Positions 27,469-38,893 of a DNA stretch of 64,000 nucleotides are shown piece by piece. Below the pieces are notes generated by a model. The model made no database searches and was not told the origin of the DNA. It saw nothing but the letters and a program-made list of their open reading frames with translations. The DNA comes from Octopus sinensis (taxonomy: Eukaryota), in contig NC_042998.1 of NCBI RefSeq assembly GCF_006345805.1, positions 69,130,001 through 69,194,000 of the forward strand, in the 5' to 3' direction. The number at the start of each line of letters is the position of its first letter. Positions within the stretch are counted from its first letter, which is position 1. A program made the translations under genes and the position numbers.

Positions 27469-28893
27469 TCACGGTTGTGAAAGGGAGCACGGCGGTCTGA
27501 TTTTGCCTGCTTCCCTTTCTTCCTCTACTGCAGGGCCTTTGACCGGCGTTGCCACTGGGCTCTGGGTTGGTGTGGTTGCCGGGGTTATTGTTAGTTTGCC
27601 CTCTATTACTTCCTTGGTTACATCTCTTATTAGGCGGTTCCTCAGGTGTTCCTGAAGAACCTCCTCCTTCCATTCGTTCTCGCCTACCTTCGCGAAGCGC
27701 GCAATTGCTTTTCCATCTGAGGTTCTGCTGTACAGCATAAACCTCGACAGTTTGCAGCATTTGTAAACTTTTTCGTTTTTTTCATCAAACGCTATTATTT
27801 TTTCATTTTTCAATAAACATTTTTTAGAATCTTGTTTTATGGGGAGGGGCTTGGCAAACTGTTTTCCAATGAAAACAGTGCCATGGGGGTAGGGTTGGGG
27901 AATTTGCTTAATGTGTGTGTCTGCTGTGTTAGTTGTTTTTTTCCTTGTTTGGGGAGGGGAGTCCAGGGTATTCTCTTTTTTTCTTTTGTGCGTGACTTGA
28001 GTGTATTCCATCAGTTCTATTTGGTCTATTTTCGCTTCCGTACTTGTCTTGGTCGTTTGTTGTTTTTCTTTTTTTTCCTCCCCTTTCGCGTTGGGTACAC
28101 TTGGAGGAGGCGCTTCTTCTGTACTTTTTTTCCTGGTACAATTGGAACGGACGTGACCCTTTTCTCCACACTTGAAGCATCTGGGTCTTCGTCCCTCCAC
28201 CGAAACTCTCATGGACGTACCATCTTCATTAAAAATCCTGTCAGGCAGGCTCTCCAAAATCTTGTTCTCTGCCTGTACTAGGAGTTCCAGAGTCTGACCC
28301 CTCCATCTCACCGCTTCCTTCCTTCTCATTTGCAGTATGGATATTTCGCGTTCCACATTATGCAAGACCGCCGCTGCTACCCACATGGTGTCGTACCCTC
28401 TGGGTATGTCTTCAACTATTACCTTTGCGGTTCGCTTCCCCATGTACGAGGGTAGCAGCATGATGTCGTCGTTTTTAAGAGTCAACGACGACACCTCTTT
28501 CGCCACCTCTGCCGTGTCAAAGTGTGCTTCGATCGTGGCACTTCGTGCACCTCTCACTATATGGCGGATTTTGTCCCACACCGGGGCCAAGCATTTCTCA
28601 ACGATTTCATTTTTGACTTCCATGATCTTTTTTTCTTTAAAGTTGTACACTTTATAAATTACAATCCTTTCCTTGATCTCTTGAACTTTCGCTTGCGGCG
28701 GCACAAGCCTTATCTCTCCTCCTTCTACTTTTACTAAGTTCCTATATTCGTACAGTTGTTCAATTTTGAATTCTATCTCCAACATGGCGCCGCCCACCGC
28801 GGCCGAGAATGACTGTCTGGGTACTTGATTTTCCTCTTTTTCACCTTTTCCCATCACGGGAAAGTCTTCCTTCGACGTCAGGTCGAACTCCAT
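27469..28893 (-). CDS. Tx1 ORF1, Gag-like nucleic-acid-binding protein with CCHC zinc knuckle
   Basis: 474-aa open frame; SFSAAV N-terminal motif; CFKCGEKGHVRSNC; directly upstream of ORF2. Confidence 0.9.
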   Translation of the reverse strand: MEFDLTSKEDFPVMGKGEKEENQVPRQSFSAAVGGAMLEIEFKIEQLYEYRNLVKVEGGEIRLVPPQAKVQEIKERIVIYKVYNFKEKKIMEVKNEIVEKCLAPVWDKIRHIVRGARSATIEAHFDTAEVAKEVSSLTLKNDDIMLLPSYMGKRTAKVIVEDIPRGYDTMWVAAAVLHNVEREISILQMRRKEAVRWRGQTLELLVQAENKILESLPDRIFNEDGTSMRVSVEGRRPRCFKCGEKGHVRSNCTRKKSTEEAPPPSVPNAKGEEKKEKQQTTKTSTEAKIDQIELMEYTQVTHKRKKENTLDSPPQTRKKTTNTADTHIKQIPQPYPHGTVFIGKQFAKPLPIKQDSKKCLLKNEKIIAFDEKNEKVYKCCKLSRFMLYSRTSDGKAIARFAKVGENEWKEEVLQEHLRNRLIRDVTKEVIEGKLTITPATTPTQSPVATPVKGPAVEEEREAGKIRPPCSLSQP

Positions 28894-29329
28894 CTCTGAA
28901 AGTTACCTTTAAGGTAACAAAATATGGTTAGTACAAAATTTTCTGCCCCGTAGGGCGAAAATTATCGTTTTACAACGGGTACTGTTCAGAACAGTTTACA
29001 CAAACAATGATATTACAACTTCGAATTCTCTTAAATAGCAGCAGCAATTTTCTCACAACGCAGATGAACAGTAACTCGAAAATTTCTTTTCAATAGTGGT
29101 AACCACGTGTAAAGGAATTTTGTTTTATAGGCAAGGAAGAGGGAAGGAGGAGGGGGACACGCGGCGAAGAGAGAGGAGGAGGGGGAGGGAGAAAGATTGA
29201 AGAGGTTAAAGCAAAGGGAGAGAGTACCGCATCTTCAATATAATAATATTAATATAAAAAAAGGGGACCAAGAAGTGGATCGAAACGACGAATCGGAACG
29301 AACCTGATGCGGGGCGCTGTCAGACAATA

Positions 29330-29933
29330 AGGAGATAAATAAAAATATATGCATACATACAAACATATATGTACGTACCTACATCTACATGTATATATAC
29401 ATGCATATATAAATAATTATACGGAAGTACAGGACATCACAATAAGACGTAGAAACGGAAAAAGCCAAAAAACAAAAAACAAGAAAACGAAAAACGAAAA
29501 ACAATTACAGGACAGGTTACACAAGGACAAAACCCCCGTCATCAGCTGTCGCTAGAGGAGTCAGGCATGTTTCGAAGGCATAACAGAACACTAATCCAAT
29601 AGGCCTTCCTGCGAGAGAATTAAAATAAAATTTCAAGCAGCGGGGCACAATGAGTACGAACACAAACAAGACGTAACAATAAGACTGCAAAATTAAAATA
29701 CATGTACAAAAACAAACACAAGAGGACGAACGAAAAAGCCTTTTTTCTGGCATAGACAAACAATAAAACTGCAAAAATAAAAATACATGTACAACAAGTA
29801 CAATTAGTTACAAAACGAGAAAATAACAAGAATACTATACAGGAAATTAACCACACAAGGGGACGAACGAAGAAGCCTTTTGCTGGCAAGGACGAAAGTG
29901 TAGTAGCAGCGCGTGGAGGCAGTCTTTTCAATA
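29330..29933. repeat. ~600-bp direct repeat, copy 2 (may start at TGTCAGAC 29318, giving TG...CA ends)
   Basis: Near-identical to 17922-18525; followed by (TA)n. Confidence 0.95.
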
Positions 29934-29949
29934 TATATATATATGTATA

Positions 29950-29994
<45 letters not shown>

Positions 29995-30051
29995 TATATA
30001 TATAATATATATATATATATATGTATATATATGTATATATAATATATATAT

Positions 30052-30171
<120 letters not shown>

Positions 30172-30355
30172 GTACAGGACATCACCAACAGTAAACCACA
30201 TGAAATACGAAAAGAAATAAGGTCGATACGCAACAACGAGCGAAACAATGGAAGCAACGAGAAAACAAGACAGTAACATAAAGAACGACCCTTCATCAGT
30301 TGTCGGCTGTCTATCTACTCCTCATTTCGAGCATTATATACATATATATATATAT

Positions 30356-30392
<37 letters not shown>

Positions 30393-30685
30393 TAACTAAG
30401 CAGCTTTCTTTATTATACCATAGATATGGATGTACTCGAACTTAATGATCGTTCTTAAATTCCAGTGGCAGATATACGCATATAGTACACCCTCACATAC
30501 GTATAGGCAAGTATGCGTGCGAGCACGCGCACACACACACATGCATACATATATATACTCACACGCACACAGACACACAAACACATACGTATACGGCACA
30601 TATACGCAGACACTCTCACACACACACACATCAACTCAATATACAGACATTCACGTATATAGAGGGAAATAGATAGACACAGGTA

Positions 30686-30724
<39 letters not shown>

Positions 30725-30836
30725 TATATACACATGTGTGTGAGTGTGTGTGCGTATATATACACACATAAATATATAAATATATATACACATATGTATG
30801 CGTGTGTATATATATATATGTATATGTATATATATG

Positions 30837-30898
<62 letters not shown>

Positions 30899-31038
30899 AT
30901 ATGTATATATATATATACGCATACATATATAAGCATATATATATAACATATATGTAAATACAGACACATACATACATAAGCATACAGACATACTCATACA
31001 CACACAAATATATATACATACATACATACATACATACA

Positions 31039-31071
<33 letters not shown>

Positions 31072-31563
31072 GTATGTGTATGTAATACACGTTACGTAAT
31101 ATAAATTAGTATACAGATCTGTGTACTCACTTCTATACGTGTGTGTTTGTGTGTAGAAGTATATATATGTGTCTATGTTTATTGTGTCGTTATACGGATG
31201 CTAATGGATGAGGTTGCGCGTAATGCGTATAGAGAAGTGTGTGTACATGCATACATATATGTTGATGGAGGTGTAAATTGCACTTATGCTTGAAAAAAAA
31301 GTCGTTCTTCCAGAATGCAAGAATATAAATAAAGTGCTTAATTGGCTTCTACTGTGAGAGTTTAGCAGTTATGATAGTTTAATCTTATCTAATGATTACT
31401 CTAAGGATACTTTAAGGATACCCTGAGGATATAAAACTCGAAGTAACCAACTGATGTAAGCAGAACTATAAGTAACATATTAAAACAGTTGCTCTAACCA
31501 AGTATCAAGTTCTCTCTAACATTCACTGTGTAGGCAGTCACACGAGTCTCTCTCTCCCTTTCT

Positions 31564-31602
<39 letters not shown>

Positions 31603-31655
31603 CCTCTCTATCAATCTATATTTGTCTACGTACACACACATACATACATATATTA

Positions 31656-31934
31656 CAATAATTCCTCACCATATCGCGGTTCACCTATCGCGGTTCACTT
31701 ATCGCCGTTCACCTATCGCCGTTCACTTATCGCAGTTCATCTATCGCGGTTTATTATTTAAGCTTACGTCGATTCCTCCGTGGTTTTGTTTTGCATTTAT
31801 CATAAAATAAATATATAGAAATTATAAAAATAATTAAAAAAAATATACAGCACAGTACTGTTTCTATTTCGGGGATTTTCACCTATCACGGTCGGTTTTG
31901 GAACGTAACACTCTCGATAGTCGAGAGATTACAG
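31656..31934. mobile_element. pogo/Tigger-like MITE with 14-bp internal tandem repeats
   Basis: TA-CAATAATTCCTC ... GAGAGATTACAG-TA imperfect TIRs; (TTCACCTATCGCGG)-like units at 31670-31750. Confidence 0.6.
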
Positions 31935-32546
31935 TATTCTTAAACAAGAATATTATTGATAGTGACTTCGAAGTTTCGGCCAGTTAAGCCATAGTTGGGC
32001 TGTCGACGATGGCTTAACTGGTCGAAACTGTCAATAATATTCATATTTAAGAATAAATAATTTGTACTCTACAAAAGTATGGAGTAACCCATTAAATTAA
32101 TGTAAAACTGAACATGAAAAACAAACACGCGCGGGCACACGCACACACAGACACACATACACACACACAGACACACATACACACACACATTTATGTATAT
32201 ATAATTATTAAGTTTGAAAATGGAGAGATCCAATGGATACAAATTGATTTATTAATTAACATCTTCACCTACAATTGTTTCATTTCTCATCCAGATTAAA
32301 ACTACAAAACATATATAATTGTATAAGCTTGCATTTCAAAATAACTTGGGTGGAAAATCATCAGGGAATGAAAAAGGACAATACAAGGATTACATTATGA
32401 TCTGCTGGAATACTCCAATATACTCAGAATATATACTGATGTGTGGAGGGTAAAAAAAACAGAGGAATCCCTTAACAGACCGTGTCATGACCTATTGATC
32501 ACTCCCCAGGGAAGACATACCCAGACTCCTTACTCTATTAATACAA

Positions 32547-32577
<31 letters not shown>

Positions 32578-32799
32578 AACTTTTACAAGGCAAGGTTGAC
32601 GGTGAATTCGAAGTTGCGGTTTGCTTTCATTAATCAGACTGTTCGCGTTTTTGCTCGCGTGCGTCTGTGTGTGCACTCGCATATGTATCAAAGATTAGCA
32701 CCCTATAAAGCAATCATGAATTTGGCTAGCACTGCGGAGGAATGAACAGAAAGAATAGGTTTATATTTTAATACATAAAAAACCCCCCACAGTGAATCT

Positions 32800-33389
32800 T
32801 CATACAATTCAAATTTATTTGAGTTCCGATTTGCAAAATTTGTGCATAAAATGAATATTGTTTAGCTAATGACGAGTCATCAAAAGCGCAAATATACAAA
32901 TTAAGTTATCCACCACAGTGCTAGCCTAATTCATGACTGCATTTTAAACGGCTGATTTAAGCTATTGATTGTAGTAAGAAGCCGGGAACGCCTTCTCTGA
33001 GGAGCAGACAACAAACCATGAAACGGTCCGACAAGAGCTCTCCCTTCTTTTTTTTCCGCACATGAATAGCATAGAAAGAATATATTCACATTTTTATCTC
33101 ACTCTCAGTTAGGCTTTGTAATATTTGAATTTACTTCAGTTCTACTGATTTATACTGTGTTGTACATAAATAGATGTTGTTTAATTAATGAGTCATCAAT
33201 AGTACAAATATGGAAATTAGATTATCCATCACGGTGCTAGTCAATTTATGACTGTTCCATATAACAGCTGAATGTTCTATGCAATTGATAGAGTAAAGAA
33301 TCTGGGTATGTCTTTACTGAGGAGTGATGAACAGGTCATGAAACGGTCTGTTAAGGGATTCCCATGTTTTTGTCCTCTGCACATCAGTT
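32800..33389 (+). repeat. two diverged ~320-bp tandem units, each with a hammerhead-like motif
   Basis: Shared blocks GAGTCATCAA, TTATCCA.CAC.GTGCTAG, CTGAGGAG (32997, 33317) and CATGAAACGGTC. Confidence 0.65.
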
Positions 33390-33756
33390 ACCAAAACATA
33401 AAAGTACTGAGAGAAAGCACCGCTTCATGGACCGAGCAAATAGTTACCTCTTCTGACCAGTGGTCATTCAACAAGACACTAAATTAATGTTACTGTGTTT
33501 AGGCGATTTAGATCTCCCACCTCTTCCTCCCTTCATTTCCCTCATGCTCCTTTCGTCTTCCACTTCTCATCTTCCTTTCCTCTTTCCATAATCTGCCTTT
33601 CCTTCTCTTTTCATATTTCTTTTCTCTTCTCATCCTCCTCTCCTCACTCTCTTTTCTTCCACTTCCTACTTCGCCTTTCCCCTTAATATTGACAACAGTA
33701 TTCATTTAGACCGAATATATATACAATCTGACTCGGTACACACACACACACACACA

Positions 33757-33800
<44 letters not shown>

Positions 33801-34007
33801 ACACACATACACACACACATACACACACACACATAACCCCATAGATGTGAAGTGACCGTTAACTTCATACCTTTCTTTCGGCTTGAAAAATTGTTAAGAC
33901 ACTTGAATATTTTCCTACTTTTTTAACAGGAAACCAATGGTAGCCTTAATTCATAAATAAAGAAATTATATCCACCAATGCAGTGTTGAGCACTCAATTT
34001 CATCGTT

Positions 34008-34104
<97 letters not shown>

Positions 34105-34658
34105 AAAGGTAACAAATCTCATTCAGGGATAGCAAAATCCAATGAAAGTACTGGTTAGTTAGTTAGTTATTCAAAGAATGTTGAACATTACAGTTAATAC
34201 TCAACTGCAAGGTAACTATGTAAACCGTGGTTTATATATATTTATTTATTATAATAAAATGAGAAAATAGAGAGGTAATTAATGAATTATTTATTAATTA
34301 AAAAATTGACAAATAACTCTTACAGCTGTTTCAGTTCCAGACCTTCATAAAATTAATTAATAAAATTAAAAATTATTTGGAAGTCGAATATCTCACGGTT
34401 TGCAGCCATTTACTCAACATGCAGGAATTGAACACCTATTATGTATATTTTAAACTACATCTGAAGAGATATGACTTTCAAATATTTTTTTTATTTTATT
34501 AATTAATTTTATGAAAGTCTGGAATTGAAACAGCTGTAAGGGATGTCTGTCAATTTTTAATAAATAAATAATAATAATTCATTAATTACCTCTCTACCTT
34601 CTCATCTTATTATATACATACATATATACATATATACAATACATATACATATGCATAT

Positions 34659-34741
<83 letters not shown>

Positions 34742-34754
34742 CCACACACACACA

Positions 34755-34814
<60 letters not shown>

Positions 34815-35374
34815 ATATATATATATATATGTATATTCGGTTTGACTGGTTGCATGCTCAGTAAGAAAACAATAATATATACTGAAGCCCAATGATGAGC
34901 CTGAATAATGTATCTGAGGTCATTTTGATGAGACCATTACCCACCTGCTGGCTGGATGCCCCATATGGCAGTTTCAAAGTAAGTCAATGATTTATTCATC
35001 ACTGACCCAAGATAACGCGGTACACTCAATTTCGAACCATGTCACGTTTATGACGGATTGATTTGTGGCAGCACGGGCCGGTGATTAGTTATCCGCAAAA
35101 GCATGAACCGCAAAAGCAGGTTCCAGCGGCCACCACACTGCTCAGTTATCCAAAATGCAGTAACCATCGCTCGTGCTTATACCATCGTACTGTGATTCTT
35201 GCGTATTTTTTCATATGGATTTATACACTCATATCCTTCAACATGAAGAAAAAATTACGAAGGCATCTGATCCTAACAAAAGATGCAGACGACCGTATTT
35301 ATGATTTGTCGATCATATGATATTAAATTTTACTCTAAATATTATTCCAAACATAAAACAATATCATTGTCTCT

Positions 35375-35546
35375 TTTACTCCTTTACTCTTTTACTTGTT
35401 TCAGTCATTTGACTGTGCCCATGCTGAAGCACCACCTTTAGTCGAGCAAATCGACCCCACGACTTATTCTTTGTAAGCCTCTTTTGCCGAACCGCTAAGT
35501 TACGGGGACGTAAACACACCAGCATCGGTTGTTAAGCGATGTTGGA

Positions 35547-35588
<42 letters not shown>

Positions 35589-36247
35589 TTATATATTCGA
35601 CGGGCTTCTTTCAGTTTCCGTCTACCAAATCCACTCACAAGGCTTTGGTCGTCCCGAGGCTATAGTAGAGGACACTTGCCCAAGGTGTCACGCAGTAGAA
35701 CTGAACCCGGAGCCATGTGGTTCGTTAGCAAGCTACTTACCACACAGCCACTCCTACGCCTATTCACACAGCCACTAAAAACTGTTTATAGGTGTTATTT
35801 GGGTAAGTTAGGGGACAACTTGGGGCCTCGGAATAAAACCTATTTTTTCCTATGTCTTCTGTTAACCATTTATCTTCTATCTTATTTTTGCTTCGATCAT
35901 TAGACTGCGGCCATGCTGGGGCACCGCCTTGAAGAATTTTTAGTCGAATGAATCGACTCCAGTGCTTATTTTTTATAGCCTGGTATTTACTACATCGGTC
36001 ACTTTTGCCGAACCGCTATTTACGGGGACGTTAACACACCAACACTGTTTGTCAAGCAGTGGTAGGAAACAAACACAAATACAAAGAAACCCCCCCCCCC
36101 CCCCACACACACACACGACTCACTTCTTTCAGTTTCCAAATCTACTCACAAGGCTTTGGTTTTGCCCAAGGTGCCACACTTTGGGACTGAACTCAGAACC
36201 ATGTGGTTGCGAAGTAAACTTCTTATCACACAGCCAAGCCTGCGCCT
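35375..36247 (-). mobile_element. two SINE copies (2363-type family): 35375-35760 and 35890-36247
   Basis: Reverse complements of the family head, core and tail. Confidence 0.8.
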
Positions 36248-36922
36248 AATTATCAATGATTCATTTAAGACAGTGTTTTTTTTAACCACCAAACACCCGT
36301 GATAAACAAGGATTGATGTACCGACAGCTGCAAGGAAATATGTAGAGAATGAAGTCCCCAAATTCCAGTAACTGAAAACTAGAACAAGTGTACTCTTTGT
36401 AAAGAATTAAAATGATAGACTTCTATGAGAAATTCTTGTTAATATGTAAGAGATATTGCTGTGAAAGATAAGATATCTGAGTTTTGTACACTGATTGCTG
36501 TGGATTGTACAGGATTTTGTAATTCATCCGATAAAAAGTTATCTCGTCAAAGAATAAGATATAGAAAACTACAGGCTGCCACATTAATATATCATGATTC
36601 AACGAGACAACCCTTATGTGGTCTCCTCTACCTGCTGCAAATAGATCACATTGGGTAGAGTCAATGTTTGAAAATAAGATGAGTAGAATGTTTCTGATGA
36701 TGGCTCTACCTCATGACAGGTCTGGCATGCAGCTAAACAACAGTAACAGCAAAAACAATTTATTTGAAATAGACAGTACGACGGCTACATGCTATGGCAG
36801 ATTTAGAAAAAAATATTGGAGCTCCTTTAGAAACGCACCTCTCCAACAAAATGAAATGCAATTAAAAAAAAGTTAGGAAAATGGAAAATGTATACAAAGT
36901 AAATGATGTATGCAAAAAATTA

Positions 36923-37510
36923 GAAAGATTCTTCGATTTTTAAATAATTTATACTAAAAAATAAAACAAACGGAAAACGGTCACTCGCAAATATAAACAA
37001 ACATGTTGGACGATACGAGGGGCGGTTATTTGCTTTTACCAGTAAGGTATTATTAATGATACGAAGAGCCCGACAATATCGTCTGCAAATTTTTGATTAT
37101 TTTTAATCAGATATTTTTTACTGTGCACACTCGTTAGGGTTAGGGTTAGGGTTAGTTTTAGAGTTAGGGTTAGGGTTAGTGTTAGTGTTAGGGTTAGTTA
37201 ATGGCCTTTTCTGTTGTCCCCAAATCTCTTGAGACGAAATAAGATCATAGAATTTAAAATTTTACGTTCAGGCACGATATTTGACATAATAATATGCATT
37301 GGTTATAAACTGAATTTCAAGAAACAGATTGTGAAACGGTTTTCTTACAATTCACAGACGATATTGTCGGGCCCCTCGTATCATTAATAATACCTGACTA
37401 GTAAAAGCAAATTACCGCCCCTTGTATCGTCCGACATGTTTGTTTATATTCGCGAGTGACCGTTTGTTTTATTTTTTAGTATAAATTATTTAAAAATCTA
37501 TGAATCTTTC
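36923..37510. mobile_element. foldback MITE with ~165-bp TIRs, TA flanks and an internal (TTAGGG)n-like tract
   Basis: TA-GAAAGATTC...GACAATATCGTCTG versus CAGACGATATTGTC...GAATCTTTC-TA; TTAGGG repeats at 37134-37198. Confidence 0.85.
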
Positions 37511-38418
37511 TAGGTGAAAAATGAATATGCAGTCAGATTTTGACACCAAAGCAGTTCTCTAAAAAAAAAAAAAGAAGTTCATGATCAGATATAAAACCTC
37601 AGTCCCTCAAACTTTTAGCATTCAGACTAAAAGAACTGCCCACCATCAGAAGCTAAAACAACAGCCTATTCATAAAGAGAGGAAGCACTTCTTTACTCTA
37701 GGAAAAGTTTTTTTAACTGCAGTGGCACCTCTGAACTTTATCTGTAAATGGCACAACCAGAATATCGACTACAGGATTGGCAACTTTTATACACAGCTGG
37801 AAATTCGTTCCACAATGGAAACCCCTATCCATCTTTAACAATTGTTCATTTACTTACACTAAAGAAGAATACAAAAATATTTAAATTGTATAACAGAAAT
37901 TCAGTTATCATGAGCATCAGTGGTCTATTTGTGTTGATCTGAAAGATGGTGAGTTTTTTGCTTGGGTAGCGAAGTGGGGATAAGAAATACCCTTATTTCT
38001 TGTGCTTATTGAGTGGTATGTATCCCCCCTCTCCAATCGACAATGGGTTCAAATAAAAGATCGCGAGATTTTCACTTTCTTCTTCTCTTACGTTATGTTC
38101 TCCATTTTTCAGTTTACGTAGAACCCTTATGCTCTTACATCATCCAATAAAAAATGGATGGTTTTCTTGGATTCTGTTGAGATTGAACCGAATTCTATTC
38201 TCTTAACCAATTCCAGTAATTGACCATTCATTATCAGGCGCCTTTTTGCTTGTTTCTTTTTAGGGTCGGTTAATCCCACCCCTCCCCCATAAAAATCTAG
38301 ATCCACACATTTCACAGATAATAGGTATACGTATTTATCTATTATTATCATTATTATTCAAGAAGTAAACGTGTTTATTTATTGAGATAAACTTGTTTAT
38401 ATTCACGAGTGTCCACCT

Positions 38419-38455
<37 letters not shown>

Positions 38456-38502
38456 GTATGCATGTATGTATGTAGATATATATTATGCACACACACATAT
38501 GC

Positions 38503-38559
<57 letters not shown>

Positions 38560-38807
38560 AAGGAAAATACGAGCATTTAATATCCCTAAATACAGAGGAT
38601 TAGTCTAAAAGGGAGAAGAAAGCGAAACATCTGCGTTTCATTTGAACGAAAAATATATTAAAGAAACCTCTTCCATGAAATATCAACATGCTACCCACAT
38701 CATTACTGAATAAAAGGGGAAAAAAGCTGTTATAACACAATATATCAGAAGTGAAACAAGATTTGGTGTATAAAGTGTGAAAAAAGTGTAGTGAAAGCTA
38801 TGAACGT

Positions 38808-38893
<86 letters not shown>

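Larger units (their letters stand above)
23813..29084 (-). mobile_element. full-length Tx1-clade LINE, copy B (both ORFs intact)
   Basis: ~190-bp 5' UTR, ORF1 474 aa, 28-nt spacer, ORF2 1129 aa, ~240-bp 3' UTR ending AATAAAAGAGATA, TSD ACTATTGAAAAGA. Confidence 0.95.

Noticed and set aside
19760-28737. Antisense ORFs within the Tx1 copies
   Set aside because: Short shadow frames of the coding strand with no recognisable motifs.
17922-29933. Reading the whole 12-kb unit as an autonomous LTR retrotransposon
   Set aside because: No protease, RNase H or integrase; the ORFs are APE-RT non-LTR type and have their own TSDs.
31670-31750. CRISPR-like short repeats (also 52930-53315)
   Set aside because: No unique spacers, eukaryotic context, no cas genes.
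37134-37198. True telomere or fusion scar
   Set aside because: Short, degenerate and enclosed by MITE TIRs.
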